The notes under the pieces: model-generated
Database searches by the model: none
Told to the model about the DNA's origin: nothing
The model's input: only the letters and a program-made list of their open reading frames with translations
Assembly: GCA_035438465.1 (NCBI GenBank)
Contig: DAORIK010000001.1
Span: 1,719 to 65,718 of the forward strand
Source: Chitinophagales bacterium
GTDB lineage: Bacteria > Bacteroidota > Bacteroidia > Chitinophagales > JADIYW01
DNA length: 64,000 bases
Reading direction: 5' to 3'
Program-made: the position numbers and the translations under genes
Shown here: in pieces, positions 9,983 to 20,032 of the stretch
Layout of the letters: each line of letters starts with the position of its first letter
Position numbering within the stretch: the stretch's first letter is position 1

Positions 9983-11428
9983 TCAGATTTTTAATGCTGA
10001 TTTTAACCATTTGTAAGGCATGTAATTGGTAATGATAGGTGGTTCAGTTGTATCTATTGAGGAGGCTTGGTCTGTTATTTTTTTTAAGGCTTTTTCGGGT
10101 AGATGCAAAGTATCTGCTTTTATTATTTCTAGTATTGCATCTTTAAAGAATCTGGCAACAGATAAAAAGTGGATATCAATTTCATTAATTAGTTTTGATC
10201 TCAATAAATTATTTATTTCCTCCGAAGCCAGATAATATTCTTTATTGATGATATGATAAATGGAATTTACAAAACGGAAATAGACGCGTTGTTCAGGCAG
10301 CAAAACTGAAAAATCTGTTGGAATCATTTTTTTAAGCATATCCGTATTGCTTGTAAACATATAGCAAACTACTTTTAGTAATTGATATTTATCCCTCAAG
10401 AATTCATTATCAGGTTTTAAAATTTTTTCAGCATCACTGATAATGGTTAATGCTTTTTCGTACTGATTTAATTTAGTGAGGTTGACGGCATAGTTATACA
10501 AATAATATGCTTTATTCTGTAGCTGAGCAGCAGGAATTTCATTAAAGAGTTTCTCAAAATAAGTATTTGCATTCTCAAAATCTGCCGACATTGAAAAATC
10601 GGTAGCTATTAAATGTAAAACACGCAACTTCTCTTTTTTGTACAGAGTCGAGTTCTTATTACAGTTTTCCAAGATAGTTAATGCTTCTAATAACATGTTT
10701 GTTTTTCCTTTGCTTTGCAGAGGAAACCATTTGCCAATCAGCCGGTAATATTCATTAATATATGAGTTGAATTGTTTTAATTCAATAGATATCTTTTTAT
10801 CAGGAATCTTTGCAGTCTGTTCTGTCTGATATTCAAGTCTGAGTTTGTTAGCATTGCCTTCTATAAGAGAAAAGTATGCCTGTTGCTGTGCAAAAAAATA
10901 ATTTGAGTATAAAATATTTTCATTAATTAACTTATCAAAGATTTCAAGCCGTTCTTTGTAATTGCGTATGTGAAATTGAGCAAACTCATAATAATCAGCA
11001 TTTAGTTCAAGCAAATCCTGATATTGATATTGTTCTAATGCCGCTGTTTTTGCTTCCATCCAGCACTCTTCATAAATCTCGAACAAATCCAGATTCTTAT
11101 ATAATAATAACTGTTGTTTTAGCCGAAATAAGGTGTCTTTTTCTGTTAATTTTTCAATCTGTTCTTTCAGTAAAACAGACTCAATTTTTTCCACTAACAA
11201 GCGCATTTCATTACGCAGTATGTAATCATTTGCAGATGAATATTTCTTTTTGAAGGTTTTATAAAACAATACTTCTTTATGCAAAAAAGCGGCACCTGGT
11301 TTTTGCAACGATTGAAACAATACTAATAATGTTTTGCGTTTATCTTCTTTTAATTGTTTTTCAATAAGGTGGATTTGGCTGCCTTTTAATGCTTCAATAA
11401 TGGTATATAATTTTGAATCTTTCAACAA
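9983..11428 (-). CDS. hypothetical all-alpha / TPR-like repeat protein
   Basis: 481-aa ORF with no signal peptide. Helical repeat character (YYLYNYAVNLTKLNQYEKALTIISDAEKIL). No family recognised. Confidence 0.45.
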   Translation of the reverse strand: MLKDSKLYTIIEALKGSQIHLIEKQLKEDKRKTLLVLFQSLQKPGAAFLHKEVLFYKTFKKKYSSANDYILRNEMRLLVEKIESVLLKEQIEKLTEKDTLFRLKQQLLLYKNLDLFEIYEECWMEAKTAALEQYQYQDLLELNADYYEFAQFHIRNYKERLEIFDKLINENILYSNYFFAQQQAYFSLIEGNANKLRLEYQTEQTAKIPDKKISIELKQFNSYINEYYRLIGKWFPLQSKGKTNMLLEALTILENCNKNSTLYKKEKLRVLHLIATDFSMSADFENANTYFEKLFNEIPAAQLQNKAYYLYNYAVNLTKLNQYEKALTIISDAEKILKPDNEFLRDKYQLLKVVCYMFTSNTDMLKKMIPTDFSVLLPEQRVYFRFVNSIYHIINKEYYLASEEINNLLRSKLINEIDIHFLSVARFFKDAILEIIKADTLHLPEKALKKITDQASSIDTTEPPIITNYMPYKWLKSALKI

Positions 11429-11451
11429 TTAAAAGTACAGAAAATTATAAT

Positions 11452-13212
11452 TTATTTACAGGCTACCTTGCGGACTTTTATTTCGTCGCCTTTGTGCAAT
11501 ACCGGTGTCTTTTTATACCCATTCCACTGCATAATATCCTGTACGGTAACTTCGTCATATTTCTGTGCAATAGACCACAGCGTTTCACCGTCTTTTATTT
11601 TGTGTGTCTGAAAGCAATCCTTTTTGGATAAAATCTTTACAGGATTTATTTTGTCTATCAAAGGTGTTTGTGCCTTTATTTCTTTTGTTTTAGCATTCGC
11701 ATCTGCTTCTTCCTGTGTAATTATTTTTGCACTCAACTCATCCTTAATATTTTTACTTAAGTAATTAAATCGAACAAATTTTTTATAATCATTCTTGTGC
11801 ACATACAACAAAAGTTCGTCTTTTACATCTATATAGTTTCCGCTTAAATCGTTCCATCTCCTTATTTCTTTTACATTACAGTGAAACCAGGCGGCAATAT
11901 ATCCAAGGTTATCTCCCGGTTTAACAGTATAGGCAATGGTTTTATAATTATTATTATCTTCTTTTAATAGTTGAGAGTTGTTTCCTTTTGTTATTGTCGC
12001 GACATTTTTTTGCGCTGCTTTTTCTTCTTTCTCAATTACTTCTTTTGTATTTTCAGGAGTTGCTTCTTTCCACTCTTCCTTTAAATTATTTTTTGCTGAT
12101 GTTGTGTTCTTTGTCGCTTGTTTATTTTCTTTTAGCACGACTGAATTATTACTTTCATTATTAATTTCTTTTGGTGAACTACCGGGTTTTATTACACTTG
12201 GCACAATTAACTTTTGTTCTTCCAGCTCACAGGTTGCTTTCTGATATAATGAATCCTGCAACTGGTTAAAAGATATAATTTTTGAAGCGGGAAGATTTAA
12301 TATAAAATCAGGGGGTATAAATGTGGTCAACAAAGATGGATTTTCATCAATAATTATCTGCCGAGGAATCTGCAAAACTGTTTCCAAATCATTTACAGTT
12401 AATTTTTGTCTTGCAGTTACACGTTGAGTAGCTTCTCTGTCAATAATTAAAGGAGAAATATTGTATTTATTTGCATACTTCATGGTGTAAACCATTGCAA
12501 TATAAATAGGAACATAGGCACGAGTTTCAGCGGGTAAAAATGGACGAATATCCCAGAAGTTCTTTGAGCCGCCTGCTTTTTGAATGGCACGATTTACGTT
12601 GCCGGCACCGCAATTATAAGATGCAATAGCCAGTTGCCAGCTGCCATATAAATTATACATCTCTTTCAGGTAACGAGCTGCAGCATCACAGGCAGCATAA
12701 GGGTCACGACGTTCATCCACGCGTTTGGAAATATTTAAGTTGTACCGTAACGCTGTGCTGTACATAAACTGCCACGGGCCACTCGCTCCTGCACGGGAAA
12801 GCGCGAACGGATTGAGTGCAGATTCTATTACTGCAAGATATTTCATTTCATCAGGAATACCATACTTTGCTAAAATCGGTTCAAAAATCGGGAAGAACTT
12901 TTTAGATCTGCCCAGCATCTTTGCTACATGCTCCTTGCGTTTCTCATTAATATTGTACGTAATATATTTCTGTACATGTTCATTGTAATCTAACGGAATA
13001 ATTTGTTGAATTTTTTTCAGGCGCACGGCAATCTGTGCACTCATAACCACAGGATCAGGGTCGTCTTTAAATAATTGTTCTTCTGTTGGAATTTCCAGTT
13101 CACTGGCAGCATCTTTATATTGAGAGGGTGGTGAAGACTGTGCATTAACCGAAAAATGGAAAACACTCGCAGTAAAAAGTATATATAGAAGAATAAATTT
13201 TCGACAACTCAT
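11452..13212 (-). CDS. lytic transglycosylase domain protein with C-terminal LysM repeats (MltD-like)
   Basis: Signal peptide, then SLT catalytic region AVIESALNPFALSRAGASGPWQFM. Two LysM-like modules follow (YTVKPGDNLGYIAAWF..., HKIKDGETLWSIAQKY...). Confidence 0.8.
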   Translation of the reverse strand: MSCRKFILLYILFTASVFHFSVNAQSSPPSQYKDAASELEIPTEEQLFKDDPDPVVMSAQIAVRLKKIQQIIPLDYNEHVQKYITYNINEKRKEHVAKMLGRSKKFFPIFEPILAKYGIPDEMKYLAVIESALNPFALSRAGASGPWQFMYSTALRYNLNISKRVDERRDPYAACDAAARYLKEMYNLYGSWQLAIASYNCGAGNVNRAIQKAGGSKNFWDIRPFLPAETRAYVPIYIAMVYTMKYANKYNISPLIIDREATQRVTARQKLTVNDLETVLQIPRQIIIDENPSLLTTFIPPDFILNLPASKIISFNQLQDSLYQKATCELEEQKLIVPSVIKPGSSPKEINNESNNSVVLKENKQATKNTTSAKNNLKEEWKEATPENTKEVIEKEEKAAQKNVATITKGNNSQLLKEDNNNYKTIAYTVKPGDNLGYIAAWFHCNVKEIRRWNDLSGNYIDVKDELLLYVHKNDYKKFVRFNYLSKNIKDELSAKIITQEEADANAKTKEIKAQTPLIDKINPVKILSKKDCFQTHKIKDGETLWSIAQKYDEVTVQDIMQWNGYKKTPVLHKGDEIKVRKVACK

Positions 13213-13329
13213 TTTTGCAAGATAGGGAAATTGTCCTTTTTAGCAGTAGAATAGCCGCTTTTTAGGATATTTTTAAGAATGTAATCAAATTAATTAATTG
13301 ATTATCAATCAACTAACTTTTTTAAGATA

Positions 13330-14745
13330 TTACAATAAAGAATTGGAGAATGCGAGTAATTTTTCTTCCTGCCACCTTCCTGCCATAAACTGTATACCTA
13401 TAGGTAAACCCGATTTGGACATGTATAAAGGCAATGAAATTCCCGGAATTCCGGCAATATTTGCCTGAACAGTGAAAATATCACCTAAAAATGAAGCAAT
13501 GGAATCTTGCACTTCTCCGATTTTATAGGCAGGCGTAGGTGCAGTCGGGCATAAAATAAAATCGTATGTTTCTAATGTCTGCTTTGTTTTTTCTGCTACT
13601 ATTCTGCGTACTTTCTGCGCTTTTGAATAATAGGCATCATAATAGCCGGCACTTAAGACAAATGTCCCGCTCATAATTCTGCGTTGTACTTCTTTTCCAA
13701 AGCCTTGCGAGCGTGTTAGTTTATAAGTTGATTCTAAATCATGAGCTTCTTTGGCGTGGTAACCATACTTTACACCATCAAATCTGGATAAATTGGATGA
13801 AGCTTCAGCGGTAGTTAACACATAATATGCAGGAACAATATAATCTAACTCTTCAAATTCAATGGCATCCACCTGATGGCCTTCGCTTCTCAACCGTTCA
13901 ATCATTTGCAGACTTGCATTGCTCACTTCCTTATTTACACCAATGTGTTCAATGGCATTCTTGTAATATGCAATTTTGTATTTTTTGCCGGAAGTAAGTT
14001 GTGCGGAATAGTCAGGAACTTCTTTATTTGAACAGGTAGCATCATAGGCATCAGCACCGGAAATAACTTCCAGTAGTAAAGCTGCATCTTCTATACTGTG
14101 TGTAAAAGGACCAATTTGATCAAAGGAGGAACCATAAGCAATTAATCCATACCTTGAAACTCTGCCATAGGTTGGTTTTAATCCAACAATTCCGCAAAAT
14201 GAAGCAGGCTGGCGAATGGAACCACCGGTATCAGAGCCTAAAGCAGCCATACATAAATCAGCAGCAACAGCAGCTGCAGAGCCACCTGAGGAGCCACCGG
14301 AAACACGCTCTATATCAAAAGGATTTTTTACAGGACCATAATATGAATTTTCATTACTGCCACCCATGGCAAATTCATCACAGTTCGTTCTTCCAATAAT
14401 GATTGCATCTTCCGCAAGTAATTTTTCTACAACAGTAGCGGAGTATGGCGAATTAAAACCGTCTAAAATCTTTGAGCTTGCCGTTGCATTATGTCCTTTG
14501 TACACAATATTATCTTTGATAGCAATCGTTAGTCCGAATAGTTTTCCTAAGGGTTGATTGGCAGCAAGCTTTTCATCGATATTTTTTGCAACAGACAAAG
14601 CACTCTTTTCAAATACTTCTATGAAAGCATTTAATTCTTTTTGTGCGAGTATTTTTGAAATTGTTTGTTGGGTAAGTGTGGTGGCTGTAATCTTTTTATT
14701 ATATAAATCTTCTTGCAGCTTCTTCAGAGATCTGTACACTTCCAC
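13330..14745 (-). CDS. gatA: Asp-tRNA(Asn)/Glu-tRNA(Gln) amidotransferase subunit A
   Basis: 471 aa with amidase signature GGSSGGSAAAVAA. GTG start. Confidence 0.9.
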   Translation of the reverse strand: MEVYRSLKKLQEDLYNKKITATTLTQQTISKILAQKELNAFIEVFEKSALSVAKNIDEKLAANQPLGKLFGLTIAIKDNIVYKGHNATASSKILDGFNSPYSATVVEKLLAEDAIIIGRTNCDEFAMGGSNENSYYGPVKNPFDIERVSGGSSGGSAAAVAADLCMAALGSDTGGSIRQPASFCGIVGLKPTYGRVSRYGLIAYGSSFDQIGPFTHSIEDAALLLEVISGADAYDATCSNKEVPDYSAQLTSGKKYKIAYYKNAIEHIGVNKEVSNASLQMIERLRSEGHQVDAIEFEELDYIVPAYYVLTTAEASSNLSRFDGVKYGYHAKEAHDLESTYKLTRSQGFGKEVQRRIMSGTFVLSAGYYDAYYSKAQKVRRIVAEKTKQTLETYDFILCPTAPTPAYKIGEVQDSIASFLGDIFTVQANIAGIPGISLPLYMSKSGLPIGIQFMAGRWQEEKLLAFSNSLL

Positions 14746-14762
14746 GTCTTATGAATTTAGAA

Positions 14763-14963
14763 TTATTTGTTTTCAGGTAATTTTTTCGACTCGTCTTCTT
14801 TCATGCCTTTCTCAAACTCATCCTGTAAATTAGATTTTGCAGCATTAAATTCACGAATACCTTTACCAACGCCACGCATTAACTCAGGAATCTTTTTGCC
14901 CCCGAAAAGTAATACTACTATCGCTAAAATGAACCATAATTCCGGTCCGTGCATTCCAAACAT
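14763..14963 (-). CDS. tatA: twin-arginine translocase TatA/TatE family subunit
   Basis: 66 aa. N-terminal TM helix plus amphipathic motif [22 protein letters not shown]. Confidence 0.85.
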   Translation of the reverse strand: MFGMHGPELWFILAIVVLLFGGKKIPELMRGVGKGIREFNAAKSNLQDEFEKGMKEDESKKLPENK

Positions 14964-14979
14964 AATTAGTTATTTGCAA

Positions 14980-14987
14980 CAAAATTA
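14980..14987 (-). promoter_or_regulatory. candidate -7 promoter box (TAATTTTG) for tatA-gatA
   Basis: The minus strand reads TAATTTTG, 16 nt upstream of the tatA ATG. Confidence 0.4.
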
Positions 14988-15055
14988 CTACTTTTTCATG
15001 TTAAATATGTCTTTTCAGCGAACTAAGTTTGTTATTAATATTTAAAGAACACTTG

Positions 15056-15445
15056 CTATGTTTCATCAATATCCTTGAATTTGTCAATTTCACGTCGGTT
15101 CTTTTTCGTTGGCCGACCTGTTCCTTTGTCACGTACTTCATAAAATGTGGCCGGAAACAGCAATTTATTTTTTTCTTCCGGTGGTGTTAAATCTTCGTAA
15201 CATGCAATAGCCAAGGGAGTACCAACTCTTTTTTCAATCAGTTTAATAGATTTTATAATCCATTTTTCTCCTTGTTTATTGAGATGTACAATTTGCCCGG
15301 CTTTTAATAAATAGGATGCTTTTACAGATTCACCTTCAATCTTTACTTTTCCGGCTGCGCATGCCTCGGAAGCCAAACTCCTTGTTTTGTAGAGGCGAAT
15401 AGCCCATAACCATTTGTCAATTCGTATTTTCTCCAATTCCGGCAT
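15056..15445 (-). CDS. S4-domain RNA-binding protein (Hsp15-like)
   Basis: 129 aa. N-terminal IRIDKWLWAIRLYKTRSLASEACAAGKVKIEG is typical of S4/Hsp15-type proteins. Confidence 0.7.
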   Translation of the reverse strand: MPELEKIRIDKWLWAIRLYKTRSLASEACAAGKVKIEGESVKASYLLKAGQIVHLNKQGEKWIIKSIKLIEKRVGTPLAIACYEDLTPPEEKNKLLFPATFYEVRDKGTGRPTKKNRREIDKFKDIDET

Positions 15446-15518
15446 TTTTTGGCAATAAATTTGTATAAGTACAATTGTATGATGTAAATTTTATAATTTT
15501 AAGCAATTATTTGTACAG

Positions 15519-15965
15519 ATGAAGAAGATTTTTTTAGCAATATTAATCAGTATTACAACAATGGGTTACTTTTTAGCCAAACCGCCAAAGTTACCAAAGC
15601 CTAAAAAAGGAGGAGAATGGATAGAGCCAGCCAAGCCTGTACAACCTAAAAATATTTACGGCAGCTGGATTTGGTTTGAAACAGATTGTTGTGGAATGAG
15701 ACATGGTTTGTCTACTCCGGCAAGTACATCTGATAATATTGAACTGGAGTTGAAAGAAGATAATACTTTCTTAGAAATTCATACAAAGAAAAATGCTTTG
15801 CCCAGAAGTGGCAATTGTTTACTGTTTAAAGAGAACCAAATGGATGTGATACAGTTTAATGATGAACGTCCGGCACAATATTCTTTGTCAACAAACGGTG
15901 ATACATTAACAATAAGCTGGAAGTATTTAGAGTTGCAAACCGAAAAGTACGCACGAAAAAAATAA
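15519..15965 (+). CDS. hypothetical exported protein
   Basis: 148-aa ORF with an N-terminal hydrophobic signal. No recognisable family. Confidence 0.4.
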   Translation: MKKIFLAILISITTMGYFLAKPPKLPKPKKGGEWIEPAKPVQPKNIYGSWIWFETDCCGMRHGLSTPASTSDNIELELKEDNTFLEIHTKKNALPRSGNCLLFKENQMDVIQFNDERPAQYSLSTNGDTLTISWKYLELQTEKYARKK

Positions 15966-15969
15966 TTTT

Positions 15970-17091
15970 TTAAAGGCTGTTAATTAATGTCTTTATTAAA
16001 ACAAGTACCTCATCTATTTCTTTATTTGTTGTATATTTTCCTAAACTAAATCTTACAGACCTTTCTGCCTGTTCTTTTGTTAGGTGCATGGCAGTTAATA
16101 CATGTGATGGCAAATTTTCTGCTGAGGTGCATGCTGAGCCTGTAGCAACTGCCAATTTACTTTTTGTGTGATGAATAAAATCTACCGCTTTGAATGGAAA
16201 AGTAATATTGGTTGTATTGGGCAATCGTTTTACATTACCACCATTGATACTAATGGAATTTTTGAATTGCTCCAACAATGATCGTTCAAAATAATTTTTT
16301 AATTTTTCGATACCATCGTTAAAGGAAATAAGTTCACATGCTTTGCCTAAGCCAACAATAGCAGGCACATTAAGCGTTCCGCTCCGTAACCCACGCTCAT
16401 GCCCACCACCGTGTATAAAGGGTTCCAAAATAACACGTGGATTTTTTCTTCGAACATACAATGCTCCAATTCCCTTTGGTCCATAAAATTTATGAGCAGA
16501 TAAACACATTAAATCTATTCCATCTTTTTGAACATCAAGCGGTATTTTACCAATTGCCTGTGTTGCATCACAAAATAGAATAGAATTTTTACAGTGTACT
16601 ATTTTCGAAATCTCTCTGATATTTTGAATAACACCTGTTTCATTATTCGCATACATTACAGAAACTAAGACAGTTTTTTCTGTAATAGTTTTTTCTAATT
16701 CTTGCAAATCGATTAATCCATCATTATCTGTTTTCAGATATGTGATATGAGCACCCTTTTTTTCTAAATATTTACAAGTATCCAGTACTGCTTTGTGTTC
16801 TGTCTCAACAGTTACAATATGATTACCTTTTGTTTGGTAATTATTATATACACCTTTTATTGAGAGGTTTACAGCCTCTGTAGAACCTGAGGTGAAAATA
16901 ATTTCCTGTGTTTCGCAATTAATGATGTGTGCAATTTGGTCCCGTGCATTCTCTACGGCATTTTTAGCATCTGTACCTAATAGGTGAGTGGAACTGGCAG
17001 CATTACCGAATTTTATTGAAAAATAGGGAAGCATACTTTGCAGTACCTGTTCATCTACCGGAGTGGTTGCATTGTAATCGAGATAAATCAC
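15970..17091 (-). CDS. cysteine desulfurase (NifS/IscS-like, class V aminotransferase)
   Basis: 373 aa with PLP-lysine motif SAHKFYGPKG and active-site GSACTS. GTG start. Confidence 0.85.
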   Translation of the reverse strand: MIYLDYNATTPVDEQVLQSMLPYFSIKFGNAASSTHLLGTDAKNAVENARDQIAHIINCETQEIIFTSGSTEAVNLSIKGVYNNYQTKGNHIVTVETEHKAVLDTCKYLEKKGAHITYLKTDNDGLIDLQELEKTITEKTVLVSVMYANNETGVIQNIREISKIVHCKNSILFCDATQAIGKIPLDVQKDGIDLMCLSAHKFYGPKGIGALYVRRKNPRVILEPFIHGGGHERGLRSGTLNVPAIVGLGKACELISFNDGIEKLKNYFERSLLEQFKNSISINGGNVKRLPNTTNITFPFKAVDFIHHTKSKLAVATGSACTSAENLPSHVLTAMHLTKEQAERSVRFSLGKYTTNKEIDEVLVLIKTLINSL

Positions 17092-17100
17092 ATCATAAAA

Positions 17101-17134
17101 ATAGAAATTCTGTTGTGTAAATACGAATTTCTAT
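17101..17134 (-). terminator. hairpin terminator downstream of the lipocalin gene
   Basis: ATAGAAATTC (17101-17110) pairs perfectly with GAATTTCTAT (17125-17134) around a 14-nt loop. On the minus strand it is followed by TTTTTAT. Confidence 0.5.
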
Positions 17135-17153
17135 TACAAACACATAGAAATAA

Positions 17154-17681
17154 CTAACAATCCTGAACGGTTCTTTGCAATAAAGACATATTGATGCCAT
17201 AACCTGCCCATCTGTCAATTATCTCCTGTACTTTTGTTTCATCCATTTGTGGTGTACGACTCAATATCCACCAGGTAACCTTATTTGGGTCTGAAACTAC
17301 TGCATAAGAATAATCATCTGCTATTTCTACAATCCAGTAATTAGAAGCTGTTGGTTGTTGGCCAAAGAAACCTACACGCAGTTTTGCATTTCCTGAGTTT
17401 GGTTCAACAGTAGCTTTCCCGATTATTTCCTGAGGTGCGCCATTTTGGGTAATTTGTTTATTTACCACTTTTACAGATCCATCGCTGTTTAAGCTATATT
17501 CTGCAGTTACACATTTTGCATTGAAGGAAAAAAACTGAGGCAAAGCGGCAATCTGATACCATTTTCCTAAATAACGATTTAGGTCGATTTCCGTACTAAC
17601 AGTATTTATCGGAGTTAGGTTAGTTGGAATACATCCGCTGCTGAGTAATGCTACAATAGAAATTAATAAAATCTTTTTCAT
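17154..17681 (-). CDS. lipocalin family outer-membrane lipoprotein (Blc-like)
   Basis: Lipobox LLSSGC and lipocalin motif GKWYQIA. 175 aa. Confidence 0.8.
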   Translation of the reverse strand: MKKILLISIVALLSSGCIPTNLTPINTVSTEIDLNRYLGKWYQIAALPQFFSFNAKCVTAEYSLNSDGSVKVVNKQITQNGAPQEIIGKATVEPNSGNAKLRVGFFGQQPTASNYWIVEIADDYSYAVVSDPNKVTWWILSRTPQMDETKVQEIIDRWAGYGINMSLLQRTVQDC

Positions 17682-17829
17682 CTTTTTATTTTTATTGGTT
17701 TAGTATATTTGATAGATGTTTAACAAGATGAGATTTATTTTGTTTAAGAAAAATGAAAATAAATTAAACAAATATTTTTTTGTTTAGAGTTTAATGTATA
17801 TTAAAAGTGTAATATGAAACAATAATTAT

Positions 17830-18240
17830 ATGAAGAAGATAGATCATGTAGGAATAGCTGTAAGAGACATTGAAAAATCAAAAGCATTATTTACGACTTT
17901 ATTTAGTAAAGCACCATTTCACGAAGAAGTATTAGAAACACAACATTTGCGTGTTGTCTTTTTTGAGTTGAATGATACTAAGGTTGAGCTGATTCAACCG
18001 ATTTCAGAGAAAAGTACCGTACATAAATTTTTAGAGAATAAAGGTGAAGGCATTCATCACACTGCATTTGAAGTAGCAGATATTTATACTGAAATAGAGC
18101 GTTTAAAAAGCGAAGGTTTTCAGCCGTTAACCGAAAAACCTTATGTTGGTGCATTAAATAAGCTAGTATGTTTCTTTCATCCCAGAACAACGAATGGTGT
18201 ATTGGTAGAGTTGTGTCAGAAGATGTCGGTTAATATTTAA
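17830..18240 (+). CDS. methylmalonyl-CoA epimerase / VOC family protein
   Basis: 136 aa with glyoxalase-fold start KIDHVGIAVRDIEKS and GEGIHHTAFEV. Confidence 0.7.
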   Translation: MKKIDHVGIAVRDIEKSKALFTTLFSKAPFHEEVLETQHLRVVFFELNDTKVELIQPISEKSTVHKFLENKGEGIHHTAFEVADIYTEIERLKSEGFQPLTEKPYVGALNKLVCFFHPRTTNGVLVELCQKMSVNI

Positions 18241-19928
18241 CTTTCCAGATATTTTCCCACAATTGGCAATCTGCGTCCGCTGCCAAAGGCTTTTGGGGAA
18301 ACTCGAAGAATCGGCGGTGTCTGGTGGCGTTTAAATTCATTCCTGTTCACCATTCTTAAAATGCGTGTAATTAATTTCTCATCATATCCCAAAGCTTCAA
18401 TTTCATCCGGTCCCTGATGATGTTCAATATATTCCAATAATATTTTATCTAGTATAGCATAATCCGGTAATGAATCAGAATCTTTTTGTCCAGGCCGCAA
18501 TTCTGCACTTGGTGCTTTTGTCAGGATATGATTGGGTATAATTTCTTCGTCTTTGTTGATGTAATTACACACTTCATAAATTTGCGTTTTGTACACATCG
18601 GCCAATACTGCTAATCCGCCACACATATCGCCATACAAAGTACCATAGCCAACGGCAGCTTCACTCTTATTAGTAGTATTTAATAAGATATAGCCAAACT
18701 TGTTACTTAGTGCCATCAGGTAATTTCCGCGGATGCGTGCCTGTAAGTTTTCTTCCGTTACATCAAAAGGTTTATTTTCAAAATGTGGTTGCAGCATTTT
18801 ATCATATACTTCAAATACTTCCTTTATCGGAATAATTTTATGCGGAGAGCCCAGGTTTTCCAATAACTTCAGGCTGTCATCTATAGAATGTGACGTAGAA
18901 AATTGCGAAGGCATCAACACGCTTAAAACGTTTTCTTTACCTAGTGCTCTGACCGCCAGCACCAGCACTAAAGCAGAATCCACGCCGCCGCTTAAACCAA
19001 GTATGGCTTTTTTAAATCCTAGCTTTTGAAAATAATTTTGAATACCACAAACCAATGCATCATGAATCAACTTCGTTGGATTTTTATCTTGTTCAGGGTC
19101 AATGGACGATAGACGATGGTCAATTTGCTCTGAATAGCTAACTGTAGACTGCCGACTATCAACGCTGAACTCAATTTCATAGCATCTAACGCATTCCTCA
19201 AAATAAGGCATTTCATCTATCACATCGCCTTGTTCGTTCATCACCACAGAGCCTCCGTCAAAAATTAATTCTGTTTGTGCTCCAACACAATTGCAGTAAA
19301 ATACCGGCAGCTTAAACATCGTCGCATTTTGGCGTATAACACTAATTCTCTTCTTCGCCTGATTATAATTAAACGGAGATGCTGATAAATTCAACAGGAT
19401 ATCTGGCTGATGTTTTGCCAGTTCGGCTACCGGATTAATTCTGTACAAGGGATTCTTTTCACCGGTATCCCAGATATCTTCACAAATTGTAATGGCTAAC
19501 TTTTTTCCTTTAAATTCAACCACACTGAATTCTTTGTTTGGTTCAAAATACCGATATTCATCAAATACATCATAAGTCGGTAATAAGGCTTTATGCGCTA
19601 AGAATTTTACTTTTCCGTCTTCAATAAAATATGCGGAATTGTATAAGTCTTTGCCATCTTTTGTCGGGTTTTTCGAGGGCGCACCAACGATTAATGCAAT
19701 TTTATTTCCGGCAATACTTGCTAATTCTTGGATTACGTTTTCGCATTCATGTATAAAATGATGGAATTCTAAAAAGTCTCTTGGAGGATATCCGCAAACA
19801 GCTAATTCACTAAACAACAATAAATCTGCATTTTCAGTAATTCCTTTTTCAATTGCTGCTTTCATTTTTTCAAAGTTGCCCTTGAAATCCCCAATCATAT
19901 AATTAAGCTGCGCTATGCCGATTTTCAT
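18237..19928 (-). CDS. nadE: glutamine-dependent NAD(+) synthetase
   Basis: 563 aa. N-terminal CN-hydrolase domain plus a C-terminal PP-loop ATPase (LGLSGGVDSALV). Confidence 0.9.
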   Translation of the reverse strand: MKIGIAQLNYMIGDFKGNFEKMKAAIEKGITENADLLLFSELAVCGYPPRDFLEFHHFIHECENVIQELASIAGNKIALIVGAPSKNPTKDGKDLYNSAYFIEDGKVKFLAHKALLPTYDVFDEYRYFEPNKEFSVVEFKGKKLAITICEDIWDTGEKNPLYRINPVAELAKHQPDILLNLSASPFNYNQAKKRISVIRQNATMFKLPVFYCNCVGAQTELIFDGGSVVMNEQGDVIDEMPYFEECVRCYEIEFSVDSRQSTVSYSEQIDHRLSSIDPEQDKNPTKLIHDALVCGIQNYFQKLGFKKAILGLSGGVDSALVLVLAVRALGKENVLSVLMPSQFSTSHSIDDSLKLLENLGSPHKIIPIKEVFEVYDKMLQPHFENKPFDVTEENLQARIRGNYLMALSNKFGYILLNTTNKSEAAVGYGTLYGDMCGGLAVLADVYKTQIYEVCNYINKDEEIIPNHILTKAPSAELRPGQKDSDSLPDYAILDKILLEYIEHHQGPDEIEALGYDEKLITRILRMVNRNEFKRHQTPPILRVSPKAFGSGRRLPIVGKYLES

Positions 19929-19932
19929 GATT

Positions 19933-19940
19933 CAAAAGTA
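19933..19940 (-). promoter_or_regulatory. candidate -7 box TACTTTTG, 4 nt from the nadE ATG (leaderless-type geometry)
   Basis: The minus strand reads TACTTTTG-AATC-ATG, a perfect TAnnTTTG match. Confidence 0.45.
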
Positions 19941-19967
19941 ATAAGTAATAAGTAATAAGTAATAAGT
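19936..19967. repeat. tandem heptanucleotide tract (AAGTAAT) x4 plus a partial unit
   Basis: Read directly: aagtaat aagtaat aagtaat aagtaat aagt, in the nadE-gldB divergent spacer. Confidence 0.9.
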
Positions 19968-20002
19968 TCTTTCAAATAAATAGTCGGATAGTAATTTTAT
20001 CT

Positions 20003-20010
20003 TATTTTTG
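20003..20010 (+). promoter_or_regulatory. candidate -7 promoter box (TATTTTTG) for gldB
   Basis: Perfect TAnnTTTG match 22 nt upstream of the gldB ATG. Confidence 0.45.
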
Positions 20011-20032
20011 TCCTCTTAAATGATTATGTAAA

